Below are positions 29,659 through 39,405 of a stretch of DNA of 64,000 nt, one piece after another. A program made the translations under genes and the position numbers. Position 1 is the first letter of the stretch. Every line of letters starts with the position of its first letter. The notes under the pieces were generated by a model. The model had not been told where the DNA came from. It made no database searches and saw only the letters and a list, made by a program, of their open reading frames with translations. The stretch is from Tenacibaculum sp. (GTDB taxonomy: Bacteria; Bacteroidota; Bacteroidia; Flavobacteriales; Flavobacteriaceae), in the NCBI GenBank assembly GCA_047971505.1, contig JBKDZU010000006.1:1956-65955 (forward strand), given 5' to 3'.

Positions 29659-30162
29659 ATGATTAATCAGAGAAGCACTATTCTCAACAAAACACAAATA
29701 GAACAAAAAATAAAGAGAATAGCTTACCAAATATACGAAGCTAATAGTAGCGAAAAAGAAATTGTGTTGGCAGGTATTTTAAAAAATGGTTTTATCTTGA
29801 CTCAAAAACTAGCTGAAGTATTGGCTGAAATTTGCAATATAGAACTTAGGCTTTGTGAGGTTTTTATCGATAAAAAAAGTCCAATAAATTCGGTTTCAAG
29901 TTCTTTATTGGCAAATGAATACAAAGATAAAGCACTGGTTTTGATCGATGATGTGCTAAACTCTGGAACAACTCTTATTTACGGGGTTAAACATTTTTTA
30001 AACGTGCCTTTGAGCAGGTTTAAAACCGCTGTTTTGGTTGACAGAAGTCATAAAAAATATCCTGTAAAAGCTGATTTTAAAGGCATATCTCTTTCTACCT
30101 CAATTAAAGAGCAGGTAGTTGTTGAGTTTAATTCCTCAGGAGCTGTGGCTTATTTGCGTTAA
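29659..30162 (+). CDS. PyrR-like phosphoribosyltransferase family protein
   Basis: 167 aa with PRPP-binding loop LVLIDDVLNSGTTL and PyrR-like VLVDRSHKKYPVKADFKG. Confidence 0.7.
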   Translation: MINQRSTILNKTQIEQKIKRIAYQIYEANSSEKEIVLAGILKNGFILTQKLAEVLAEICNIELRLCEVFIDKKSPINSVSSSLLANEYKDKALVLIDDVLNSGTTLIYGVKHFLNVPLSRFKTAVLVDRSHKKYPVKADFKGISLSTSIKEQVVVEFNSSGAVAYLR

Positions 30163-30673
30163 TCAAGGTGTATATTTCTTTGCAAATAACATTAACTCTT
30201 TTATAATCAACGTTTAATGTATAAGTTGCTTGATTGTAGTAAACACTGCGTTCAAAAAGGTGCTTGGATACAAATTTGACCATAGAAGTATTACTTATAT
30301 TTGCTAGCAAAGGTCTTTTGCCTTTTTGCTTTACTAGCCTGTTTGCTAAGGTGCTTACCTTTGCCCTTAAATATACCGATACGGTTTGTTTGTTGTTTTT
30401 TATTAGCTCCAAGTTACCTGCATAACAGGGAGTTCCTCCACCTAAAGATAAAACAAAGCTATTGTTTGAGTTTATAAGTTCCTTTAAATAACAGCTTTCT
30501 CTTTTTCTAAAATATATTTCACCTTTTTCTTTAAAAATATCAACTACGCTCCTACCCTCTTGTTTTTCTGTGTAAATATCTAAGTCGATAAAAGGTAAAT
30601 CGTATTTTTTTGCTATATATTTTCCGATAATTGATTTGCCACTTGCCATGTAGCCTAACAAAATTATTTTCAT
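30128..30673 (-). CDS. aroK: Shikimate kinase
   Basis: 181 aa with Walker A LLGYMASGKS and LSLGGGTP. The 3' end overlaps the convergent PRTase gene by 35 nt. Confidence 0.9.
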   Translation of the reverse strand: MKIILLGYMASGKSIIGKYIAKKYDLPFIDLDIYTEKQEGRSVVDIFKEKGEIYFRKRESCYLKELINSNNSFVLSLGGGTPCYAGNLELIKNNKQTVSVYLRAKVSTLANRLVKQKGKRPLLANISNTSMVKFVSKHLFERSVYYNQATYTLNVDYKRVNVICKEIYTLINANKPQLLRN

Positions 30674-30934
30674 GATTTTATTTTATAATTTATCAACTAT
30701 ATAGCCCTCTAAATATAACTGCATCTAATTTTAAGTTTTAACCTAAGGGCCTACTTTATTTGTTTAAATTTTATACTTGGCATATTGCTCAAAAACAGTG
30801 CATACTTAACATAATTAAGACTTGTAATTTTAGTTTAAAAAACTAACAATAAAATATATAGATACAAATATTGCTAAAGTTTTTTTAAATTTTAAAAAAA
30901 TATTGTATAATTGCAACCGCATTTTTTAAATTTA

Positions 30935-31017
30935 GCACATATGGCGGAATTGGTAGACGCGCAGGCTTGAGGGGCTTGTTTCCTACGGAAGTGCAGGTTC
31001 GACTCCTGTTATGTGCA
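30935..31017 (+). tRNA. tRNA-Leu (anticodon GAG), class II with long variable arm
   Basis: Hand-folded. Acceptor gcacata/tatgtgc with discriminator A; D-arm ggcggaattggtagacgc; anticodon stem caggc/gcttg with loop ttGAGgg; variable arm tttcctacggaagt; T-arm gcagg-ttcgact-cctgt. CCA is not encoded. Confidence 0.9.
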
Positions 31018-31145
31018 CAATATAATTGCTAATCTGCTAACTTTAAATATCTTTTTTATTTAGTGATAGTTTTTTTGCAAAGCACTTACTTGTTGTAAAT
31101 TTACTTTTTTGACAAGTTATTAACTAAATTTTATTGTTTAAACTG

Positions 31146-31613
31146 TCAACAGCATCCTGAGTTCGATTTACACGTGTTTTGACCCAAGGCTGACATGTTA
31201 TTTTTTGGCTTTTTATTGATTGAAATTACGCATTTGTCTTCAGCTAAACAGGCAGTTTTTTTGCTGATTAAAATAAATTTCCCTCTTTTAAAATCTAAGC
31301 TGTATTTCCCAATGGTATGGGTTTGATATTCTACTTCAATTTCTAGATCTTCTAATTTTAATTGCTCTTCAGATAGCCTTATAATGCTAATTAGCTTTTC
31401 GGGTTTTAACCTATGTTTATAATCATCTTTAACCCACAATTGAAAACTGATAAATTTTTCATTTCTGAGTGCTCCTCCGCAGTCTATAAATTTTTTATAT
31501 GTTGTTCCTACTTCCGTTAGATGAAAATGGGAAGGCACAAGGATGCCGTCTGCTAATTCAAAGTCAATATTATTGAGTTTTGCTAAAATGTTTTTTAATT
31601 CTGAAAGTTTCAT
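31146..31613 (-). CDS. DUF6428-like protein (family usually found in Bacteroidota ars operons)
   Basis: 155 aa with VPSHFHLTEVG and FISFQLW patterns recalled from DUF6428. The extreme C-terminus ends in SGCC (vicinal Cys). Confidence 0.55.
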   Translation of the reverse strand: MKLSELKNILAKLNNIDFELADGILVPSHFHLTEVGTTYKKFIDCGGALRNEKFISFQLWVKDDYKHRLKPEKLISIIRLSEEQLKLEDLEIEVEYQTHTIGKYSLDFKRGKFILISKKTACLAEDKCVISINKKPKNNMSALGQNTCKSNSGCC

Positions 31614-31717
31614 ATATTTATAATTTACAATTACTTAAAAACCAGTAATTTGCGAATTTACAATCATTCCGCTGTGTGTTTAAAAATTAGGCGTAGATGT
31701 TTCATTTGTTGTTTTAC

Positions 31718-32370
31718 TTACTTTTTAACATCGATAAAACGCAAATACAGTTCGGTAGCTATTAACACGCTTGTTTCAGCGTATTTTTGATTTTCGAGCG
31801 CTGCTGTATTATCATATTTTTTTGGATCTTCATACGTCAAAGTTATTTTAGTGTCAGCACCTAAAACCAATGGACACTCTTCATTTGCCTGTGAGCAAGT
31901 CACAATAGCAATAAAGTTTGATTTTGGATTAAAATTGTGAAAAAACTCTTTTGAAAAAGCAATAATACCTTCACGGTTTTCTTCGTATTTTACAGCGTAA
32001 ACCTCAGAGCTAATATTGGTTATTTTAATTGTTTTAAAGCCCTGACTATCTAGAGTTTTAAGCACAGGCTTTGCAATTTTTGTGCTTTGTGTTCCTCCAG
32101 AAAAACAAAAAATACTATTTATTTTAAAATGATAAACAAGTGTTTGCATCCATATTTGTGCTAAATGGCTTCTATGCGAGTTGTGAGTACAAATAAAATT
32201 TAGATTTGCAAAGCCGTCTTTGCGTAATTTGACTTTTATAGCAGATGCAAAGCTTTTTAAAAACTCTTTTCTTTGTTTAGAAATAAATGAAATATCTATG
32301 CTGTTAATGAACTTACTAAGTATTGTATTGATGAATTGCTGCCAAATACTACAATTGTTAAATTTTTGTT
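31718..32370 (-). pseudogene. Low-molecular-weight protein-tyrosine-phosphatase / ArsC-like arsenate reductase gene with no canonical start codon upstream of its catalytic P-loop
   Basis: The frame is open from 32383 to 31718. The P-loop ICTHNSHRSH (CX5R) is encoded at 32168-32191, upstream of the first ATG (32149). No ATG, GTG or TTG occurs in frame between the upstream stop (32384-32386) and that ATG. The downstream part has VTCSQANEECP. Confidence 0.55.
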
Positions 32371-32881
32371 TTAGGGGAATAGTTTAGCAAATTTACTTAA
32401 TTTTTCTTTTGCTTTTATATCTATTTCATCCGTCTTAGAATTAAATCAAGCATGCACATTTCCTAGGTAGTTCATCTTTAAATAACTCGCAGTTGCTTTA
32501 AATGACGCAGTAAACTCCTTTTTTAAGTCCGTTTTTAGCAGAATTGCTGATAATAGCCATGTTTTTGCCTCTCAACTGTTTTGCTAACTCTTTATTTTGA
32601 TACAGTAAATCAGAAAGTCTATCAAAAAAAACCTTTAAAATTCCGCTCATATTATACCAGTAAACAGGACTAGCAAAAATAAAAGTATTGTACTTTATGA
32701 TAATTTGATGAATCAAAAGAATAAAATCATCACAGCGGTTTTTAAACTCATAGTCAAAGTGACCTATGTTTTTTGTTTTTAAATCTACAATATCAAATCC
32801 TTTAGCAATATTAAAATACTCAATTACTTTCCTTGTGTTTCCAAAACTTCTTGAACTGCCTTGAATTATAACGACTTTCAT
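32371..32881 (-). pseudogene. Flavodoxin-fold NAD(P)H-dependent oxidoreductase, disrupted by one frameshift and one in-frame TGA
   Basis: The N-terminal 127 aa are intact (MKVVIIQGSSRSFGNT..., ASPVYWYN). At an A6 run (32519-32524) the protein-like sequence continues in another frame (KKEFTASFKATASYLKMNYLGNVHA), meets TGA at 32446-32448, then stays open (FNSKTDEIDIKAKEKLSKFAKLFP) to TAA at 32371-32373. Confidence 0.55.
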
Positions 32882-33047
32882 TTTTTGTGTTTATCCTTAA
32901 TTTTGCAAGTATACTTTAATAATTTTGTAAAAAAACTCAGTAAAAGTTTATTTGTTAGATGCTAAAAGAATATTTAACACTTTACAAATATGCTTTAAAA
33001 AATAAGGCATTTTGGCTGGCACTATTTAATTTTTTTAAAAACTTGTT

Positions 33048-34436
33048 TTAAGTGTACAGATCCTCAGCCCCATGGGTTAGTCTTTTAAGGGGTTTTAATA
33101 AGGCGAGAACTAGCAATCCGAAAAGGGTGCAAAATACAGCTATTCCAGTAAACACTTGAAAATCTCCTGCTCCTTCTGATAATTCACCTACCAAGCCCGC
33201 TACTTTATTGCCCAATCCAGTGGCAGCAAAATAAGCACCCATCATAAAAGAAGCGTATTTAACAGGTGATAATTTGGTAATAAATGACAGTGCAACAGGT
33301 GAAGCACACAACTCGCCAATAGTGTGAAATAAATAAGCCAGTACAAGCCAAATCATCGCCGATTTTTTAACAATTTCATCGCCATTACTTACTACTTCAG
33401 TGCTGGCTTTACTCATAAAAAAGAAACCTAAGGCCATAATAATAACTCCTAGGGCCATTTTAAAAAGTGAAGAAGATTCTTTGCCTTTTCTTCCCCATTT
33501 ATACCAAAAACTACCTACTGCAGTGCCAAATACAATGATAAAAAAAGAATTGATCGATTGAAATACTGCTGCTGGAATTTCATTTCCGATAAAAGGAAGA
33601 GCAAACGAAAGTATTCTGTTTGTTTTCTGCTCGGCATATAAATTCATCAAACCACCAGCCTGTTCAAAAGCGCCAAAAAACACAATGATAATCAAAAAAG
33701 ATAAAAGCATTACAGTTACTCTATCTTTTTCTATTTGAGTCAAAGGCTTGTTTATCAAATTATTATTTAGCGAGCTTTCTTTCCCTAAAAAATCTCCAAC
33801 ACCTTTTAAATGCTTTAAGCCAAATATATATATCAATTGACCTAATACCATGCCAATACCTGCTAAACCAAAACCATAGTGCCATCCGTATTTAGCTGCT
33901 GTAGCTCCAACAATAAGTGCACCAAAAAAAGCACCTAAATTAATGCCTATATAAAAAATATAAAAGCCTTTATCTCTTCTGCCATCGCCTTTTTTGTACA
34001 AACCTCCTACCATAGTAGAAATATTGGGCTTTAAAAAACCTACTCCTAATACTACCAAAATTAAACCTGTAAAAAAGGCAGTTTGTTCATTAATAGCTAA
34101 AATGCCGTGACCTGCACACAGCAATAAGCCTCCTAACATTACAGCGTTTTTTTGTCCAATAAATTTATCGGCAACCAAGCCTCCAAGTATTGAAGTTAGG
34201 TAAACAAACATGGTGTAAGTGCCGTAAAATGAAATAGCTTCGGCATTAGTCCATCCATAGCCCGATTGCGGATCTTCAAAAATAATAGGCGCTGCCAAAA
34301 AAAGAGTTAAAATAGCTCGCATCCCGTAATAAGAAAAGCGCTCCCACATTTCAACAAAAAATAAAATATACAAACCTAGCGGATGCCCTAAAATATTTTT
34401 GTCGTTATTGAGTTTAGTTTCTATTGTATTATTCAT
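33048..34436 (-). CDS. Proton-dependent oligopeptide transporter (POT/PTR2 family)
   Basis: 462 aa polytopic membrane protein with the PTR2 signature WERFSYYGMRAILTLF. Confidence 0.9.
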   Translation of the reverse strand: MNNTIETKLNNDKNILGHPLGLYILFFVEMWERFSYYGMRAILTLFLAAPIIFEDPQSGYGWTNAEAISFYGTYTMFVYLTSILGGLVADKFIGQKNAVMLGGLLLCAGHGILAINEQTAFFTGLILVVLGVGFLKPNISTMVGGLYKKGDGRRDKGFYIFYIGINLGAFFGALIVGATAAKYGWHYGFGLAGIGMVLGQLIYIFGLKHLKGVGDFLGKESSLNNNLINKPLTQIEKDRVTVMLLSFLIIIVFFGAFEQAGGLMNLYAEQKTNRILSFALPFIGNEIPAAVFQSINSFFIIVFGTAVGSFWYKWGRKGKESSSLFKMALGVIIMALGFFFMSKASTEVVSNGDEIVKKSAMIWLVLAYLFHTIGELCASPVALSFITKLSPVKYASFMMGAYFAATGLGNKVAGLVGELSEGAGDFQVFTGIAVFCTLFGLLVLALLKPLKRLTHGAEDLYT

Positions 34437-34446
34437 AAAAAAGGAG

Positions 34447-36594
34447 TTACAGATTGTTTTTAATAAAGTTTGTCATTTTAGTATATAAATGCAAGCGCGT
34501 AAATGTGCCGTAAATATGGTGGTTTTTATCAGGATATATAGCCCATTCAAATTGTTTGCTTGCCTGTATGAGTGCCTCTACCATTTTGTAAGTATTTTGA
34601 ACATGTACATTGTCATCAGCAGAGCCGTGTACTAATAAGTATTTACCTTTTAGCAATTTGGCAAAGTTCAAAGGCGAATTGTTATCGTAACCCGATGCGT
34701 TTTCTTTTGGGGTTCTCATATAACGTTCTGTGTAAATGCTATCGTAAAAACGCCAAGTTGTAACTGGAGCAACAGCAATAGCGGCAGCAAAAACCTCATT
34801 CCCTTTTAGCAAGCAGTTAGTGCTCATAAAGCCACCGTATGACCAACCCCAAATTCCTATTCTACCAGCATCTATATACGAGCGTTTGGCTAATTTTTTA
34901 GCTACAGCAATTTGATCTTCTACCTCGTACTTCCCTAAATTGAGATAGGTTATTTTTTTAAAGTCGCGTCCTTTAAAGCCAGTACCTCTGCCATCAACAC
35001 AAACTATAATATAGCCTTGTTGAGCTAGTAACTGATGCCAATAATCATTGGTGTTATTCCAGCGATTTGACACTTGCTGAGAGCCTGGACCAGAATATTG
35101 ATACATTAAAACAGGATATTTTTTGCTAGCATCAAAATTTAAAGGTTTTATCATATACATATTTAAATTGTTGCCATTTACTTCAATGTTTGAAAATTCT
35201 TTTTTGCTCAGTTTATAATCTGCTAAATTATTTTTAATTATTGAGTTGTTTAACAGAGTTTTTAACAGCTCTCCATTTGCCTTTCGCAAGGTGTAAACAT
35301 AAGGAGTATCAGTATTTGAAAAAGTGTTGATAAAGTAATTTAAATTGTTGCTGAATGTAGCATTATTGGTACCTGTTTTTTCGCTCAACAATTGCTTTTC
35401 TGTTCCATTTAGTGAAATGCTGTAAACCCCTCGGTTTATCGAGCCATTTTCTGTTGATTGATAGTAAATGGTCTTTTTAGCCTCGTTGTAGCCGTAATAA
35501 GCACTTACATCCCAATTCCCTTTGGTAATTTGAGCTAGTAATTTACCTTTTTTGTCGTAGTGATACAGATGATTAAATCCATCTTTTTCACTAGTGAGTA
35601 TAAAACTGTTGTCGGTTAAAAAGCTCAAATTATCTGTAATATCAACATAAGCTGAATCTGTTTGGTTTAACACCAATTTACTTTTAAAATCACTGGCATT
35701 TACAAAGTATAACTTTAAGCTATTTTGATGGCGATTTAAAGTTTGCACAGCCAATAAATTAGCATCTTTAGTCCAACTAATCCTCGGAATATATTGATAC
35801 TCTCCAACACTAATTGTAGCTGTTTTTTTTGTGTTTAACGAAAAAATATGCAAACTTACTTTCGCATTATCTTCGCCTGCTTTTGGGTATTTAAATACTT
35901 GCTGAGAAGGATATATTTTATTTCTGTAAATATCCATAGAAAAAGTTTTTACCTGACTTTCATCAAAACGCAAATAGGCTAGTTTATCACTGTCAGCACT
36001 CCACTCAAAGGCCTTTACAAAGCCAAATTCTTCTTCGTAAACCCAATCAGTAATTCCGTTTATAATTGCATTTTTTTTACCGCTACTTGTTATTTGAAAA
36101 ACTGTTTCATTATCTGAAAGGTTTTTAATATATAGATTGTTATCTTTAGCATAGGCAATTTTTTTGCTGTCGGGCGAAAATGTTGGTTCTTGTATATTTT
36201 TACCAATTAACGATAGCCTTTTTGAAGTTATATCGTAAAGATAAAAAGTTCCTAAAAATGAATGTCGATATATAAATATAAAGTTAGTTCCTAAAATCAG
36301 TTTGGTTTCATCATCGCTAAAAGCATAAGAATTAATGTGTTGTATTTCATTCAGATCCTTGCTGTGAACAAGGGTAGCTACTTTTTTTTGAGTTTCATAA
36401 CTGTACTTTTCAATTGCAGTGCCTTGACTATCTTTTTTTAACAAGGAATAAAAATTACCACTCATTGATTTTAGAGCGTTTATACGCTCTGTTTTAAAAG
36501 TCCTTTTTATCCAAATATCCTCTAAAGTAATTGCTCTTTGCTGCGCTTGCGCTAGGCTGACAAAAAGGATAAAAAAAATTAATGATTTTTTCAC
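34447..36594 (-). CDS. Dipeptidyl-peptidase IV (S9B prolyl dipeptidyl peptidase), secreted
   Basis: 715 aa. Signal peptide; propeller motif ITDWVYEEEFGF; nucleophile elbow GWSYGGF; GSADDNVH. Confidence 0.9.
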   Translation of the reverse strand: MKKSLIFFILFVSLAQAQQRAITLEDIWIKRTFKTERINALKSMSGNFYSLLKKDSQGTAIEKYSYETQKKVATLVHSKDLNEIQHINSYAFSDDETKLILGTNFIFIYRHSFLGTFYLYDITSKRLSLIGKNIQEPTFSPDSKKIAYAKDNNLYIKNLSDNETVFQITSSGKKNAIINGITDWVYEEEFGFVKAFEWSADSDKLAYLRFDESQVKTFSMDIYRNKIYPSQQVFKYPKAGEDNAKVSLHIFSLNTKKTATISVGEYQYIPRISWTKDANLLAVQTLNRHQNSLKLYFVNASDFKSKLVLNQTDSAYVDITDNLSFLTDNSFILTSEKDGFNHLYHYDKKGKLLAQITKGNWDVSAYYGYNEAKKTIYYQSTENGSINRGVYSISLNGTEKQLLSEKTGTNNATFSNNLNYFINTFSNTDTPYVYTLRKANGELLKTLLNNSIIKNNLADYKLSKKEFSNIEVNGNNLNMYMIKPLNFDASKKYPVLMYQYSGPGSQQVSNRWNNTNDYWHQLLAQQGYIIVCVDGRGTGFKGRDFKKITYLNLGKYEVEDQIAVAKKLAKRSYIDAGRIGIWGWSYGGFMSTNCLLKGNEVFAAAIAVAPVTTWRFYDSIYTERYMRTPKENASGYDNNSPLNFAKLLKGKYLLVHGSADDNVHVQNTYKMVEALIQASKQFEWAIYPDKNHHIYGTFTRLHLYTKMTNFIKNNL

Positions 36595-36818
36595 ACTAAT
36601 AAATTTAAGTTAAACATTTAATTTTTAATATTTTATATATTTATTTGAGATCTGTCAAATGCTTTTATGTTCAAAATAAGTTTTAAGTTTCGTTTTTATG
36701 CAGATAAACTTTTGTTTACCAAGCATTGCTAATTTGCTAATCAACTTGCGTTTAGACTAAAGGGTTTGCAAATTTTACAAAAAAAAATCAATAAAACTAG
36801 ATGTAAAACCTAAAAAAA

Positions 36819-37400
36819 TTACATATTAAGTTTAGCTACATATTTACCTATTACATCAAACTCTATATTTACCTTATTGCCAGGTTTTACTTTGCTAAAG
36901 GTAGTGTGTTTTAATGTATGTGGAATAAGTGCTACGTTAAACCTATTTTTTGTTGAGTTTACTACTGTTAGACTAACTCCGTTTAAAGTTATAGAACCTT
37001 TTTCAACAACAAGATAATTCTTATCTGCGGGATAAGAAAAAGTAAAAACCTTACTGCCTTGAGCGTCTTCTATTTTTTCGCAAACTCCTGTATTGTCAAC
37101 ATGCCCTTGTACTATATGTCCGTCAAGCCTATCGCCTAACCTCACACATCTTTCTAAGTTAATTTGCTCTCCTTTTTTTAAATTGCCAATATTTGTTTTG
37201 TCGAAAGTTTCTTTTATTGCCGTAACTCTGTACAACTTATCTTTAATTTTGTCAACAGTTAAACAAACGCCATTGTGCGCTACACTTTGATCAATTCTTA
37301 ACTCATCAACAAAACTGCACTCAATCCATAAATGTGAATTTTGCTTTTGCTTTTCAATATCTGCTATAAAACCTAGACCTTCGATAATTCCAGTAAACAT
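36819..37400 (-). CDS. ribE: Riboflavin synthase alpha chain
   Basis: 193 aa with N-terminal MFTGIIEGLG and two lumazine-binding repeats (VAHNGVCLTV / ITLNGVSLTV). Confidence 0.9.
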   Translation of the reverse strand: MFTGIIEGLGFIADIEKQKQNSHLWIECSFVDELRIDQSVAHNGVCLTVDKIKDKLYRVTAIKETFDKTNIGNLKKGEQINLERCVRLGDRLDGHIVQGHVDNTGVCEKIEDAQGSKVFTFSYPADKNYLVVEKGSITLNGVSLTVVNSTKNRFNVALIPHTLKHTTFSKVKPGNKVNIEFDVIGKYVAKLNM

Positions 37401-37462
37401 TTTTTTAATTTTAATTACTTTTGCTTAAGTTTTAAAAATACAATATTACAAAAATGTAAGCT

Positions 37463-38485
37463 ATGTGTAAATTAAATAAAATTATAGTTGGTATTTCAAT
37501 AGGCGATATAAATGGTGTTGGTATTGAGGTAATTTTAAAAACCTTTGAAGATAAACGCATGTTCGATTTTTGCACTCCTGTTATTTTTGCTTCGCACAAA
37601 GTGATTTCGTATCACAAAAAAATATTAAATCTCAACAATAATATACAAGTAATTTCAGAACTTAAAAAAACTAGCCCAGGAAAGTTAAACCTAATTAATA
37701 TTTGGAGTGAAGAGCCTAACTTTGAATTGGGAAAGCCAACTGAAACAGCAGGTATCTATGCTTTAAAGTCGTTACAAGCCGCTGTAGGTGCACTAAAAGA
37801 AGATCAGATACAGGTTTTGGTTACAGCTCCAATTAACAAAGCTAGTGTTTATTCTGAAAAATTTAATTTTAGAGGTCATACCGAATATTTAGAGAGCCAA
37901 TTAAAAGGACAAAGCTTAATGATTTTGATGACTGAAAACTTAAGGATAGGCTTAATCACGGGTCATATACCTTTATCTGAAGTAGCTAAAAATATAAGTT
38001 GTGAGTTGATTAAAACCAAAGTAGAAACTATGTACTTGTGCCTTGTACAGGACTTTAATATAAACAAGCCTAAAATTGCAGTTTTAGGATTAAACCCTCA
38101 CTGTGGCGACAACGGGCTTATTGGAAAGGAAGATATACAAATTATACGTCCTGCAATTAAAGAAATTCAACAAAGCGGAAAGCTTGTTTATGGTCCATAT
38201 GCTGCTGATGGCTTTTTTGGTTCAAAAACCTACGAACAGTTTGATGGAGTATTGGCAATGTATCACGACCAAGGCTTGGCTCCGTTTAAAGCACTATCTT
38301 TTGGAAAGGGAGTTAACTTTACAGCAGGGCTTGATAAAATACGAACTTCACCTGACCACGGAACTGGATTTGATATTGCTGGTAAAAATATAGCCCAGTT
38401 TTTTTCTTTTAAAGAAGCCTTGTTTAACTCTCTAAACATATATAAAAACAGACTTGAGTATCAAAATCTTACAAAAACAAATTAA
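37463..38485 (+). CDS. pdxA: 4-hydroxythreonine-4-phosphate dehydrogenase
   Basis: 340 aa with GDINGVGIEV, GHTEYL, LNPHCGDNG and SPDHGTGFDIAG. Confidence 0.9.
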   Translation: MCKLNKIIVGISIGDINGVGIEVILKTFEDKRMFDFCTPVIFASHKVISYHKKILNLNNNIQVISELKKTSPGKLNLINIWSEEPNFELGKPTETAGIYALKSLQAAVGALKEDQIQVLVTAPINKASVYSEKFNFRGHTEYLESQLKGQSLMILMTENLRIGLITGHIPLSEVAKNISCELIKTKVETMYLCLVQDFNINKPKIAVLGLNPHCGDNGLIGKEDIQIIRPAIKEIQQSGKLVYGPYAADGFFGSKTYEQFDGVLAMYHDQGLAPFKALSFGKGVNFTAGLDKIRTSPDHGTGFDIAGKNIAQFFSFKEALFNSLNIYKNRLEYQNLTKTN

Positions 38486-38567
38486 AAATTAAACTTAAAA
38501 ACAAAGCAAGATATAGTTTTAAAAACATTTTTTATAACTTTGTGCTTTTATATTTTTTTTTCGATAA

Positions 38568-39104
38568 ATGAAAGACTTAAAAAGTTTTAGCATAGCTTTT
38601 AAAGGATTAAAGCAAGGAAAACATGTATTTAAATTTTACATTGACAAAAAACTATTTGATGCTTATGGCTTTGATGAATTTAAAGACTGCGAAGTCACAG
38701 CTATTGTTATTTTATTAAAAAGCAGCACATTTTTTGAATTAGCTTTTAAACTTAAAGGTAGTGTATGTATTCCCTGCGACTTGAGTAATGAGTTGTTTAA
38801 TCAACAAATAAGTGGTAATTTGAATCTTACAGTAAAATTTGGAAAGGAATATCAGGAACAAGGAGAAATTATTGTGCTACCTTATGATACTCATCAAATT
38901 AACATATCGCAATACCTATACGAATCAATAATACTATCGGTTCCTAAAAAGCGAGTTCACCCAAAGGTGTTAAACGGAACTATGAAATCAAAGGTGCTTG
39001 CAAAATTAAACGAATTAAAAGTAGAGCAAATTAACTCAAATCAAGAGCGAAATTCAACTGACCCTAGATGGGATAAATTAAAAGAATTACTAACAGATAA
39101 ATAA
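38568..39104 (+). CDS. yceD: YceD/DUF177 family protein (upstream of rpmF)
   Basis: 178 aa. Conserved position directly upstream of rpmF and a CxxC-like Cys pair (VCIPCD). Confidence 0.75.
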   Translation: MKDLKSFSIAFKGLKQGKHVFKFYIDKKLFDAYGFDEFKDCEVTAIVILLKSSTFFELAFKLKGSVCIPCDLSNELFNQQISGNLNLTVKFGKEYQEQGEIIVLPYDTHQINISQYLYESIILSVPKKRVHPKVLNGTMKSKVLAKLNELKVEQINSNQERNSTDPRWDKLKELLTDK

Positions 39105-39112
39105 GTTACAAA

Positions 39113-39319
39113 ATGGCACATCCAAAGAGGAAAATATCTAAAACTAGAAGAGATAAAAGAAGAACACACTACAAGGCTACTGTTCCTCAAACTGCTGTTG
39201 ACCCAACTACTGGAGAGGCTCACCTATATCACAGAGCTCATTGGCACTTAGGAAAACTTTACTACAAAGGTCAGGTAGTTCTAGACTCTGGAGTTGAAGA
39301 TGCAGATGTAGATGAATAA
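39113..39319 (+). CDS. rpmF: 50S ribosomal protein L32
   Basis: 68 aa with N-terminus [19 protein letters not shown]. Confidence 0.95.
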   Translation: MAHPKRKISKTRRDKRRTHYKATVPQTAVDPTTGEAHLYHRAHWHLGKLYYKGQVVLDSGVEDADVDE

Positions 39320-39405
39320 ATTTAAGGTTTTTAAAAAATATATAAGTTCTCAAAAAGAGGGTCTTAAATTCTTTGAAACTTGGTATTACAACAAAACAAA
39401 TAACT

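Noticed and set aside
32446-32448. In-frame TGA in the flavodoxin-like gene as a possible selenocysteine or recoding site, or as evidence of an alternative genetic code.
   Set aside because: The same gene also carries a frameshift. No SECIS-like hairpin is evident. Reading TGA as a normal stop gives family-appropriate lengths for genes across the window. Pseudogenisation is the simpler explanation.
30935-33047. tRNA-Leu-associated integrated genomic island.
   Set aside because: There is no integrase or recombinase gene, and I could not find a direct repeat of the tRNA 3' end anywhere up to the POT gene. Only gene decay is supported, not a mobile-element boundary.
37401-37462. FMN riboswitch upstream of ribE.
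   Set aside because: The ribE-pdxA divergent spacer is only 62 bp, too short for an FMN aptamer, and no conserved RFN elements were seen.
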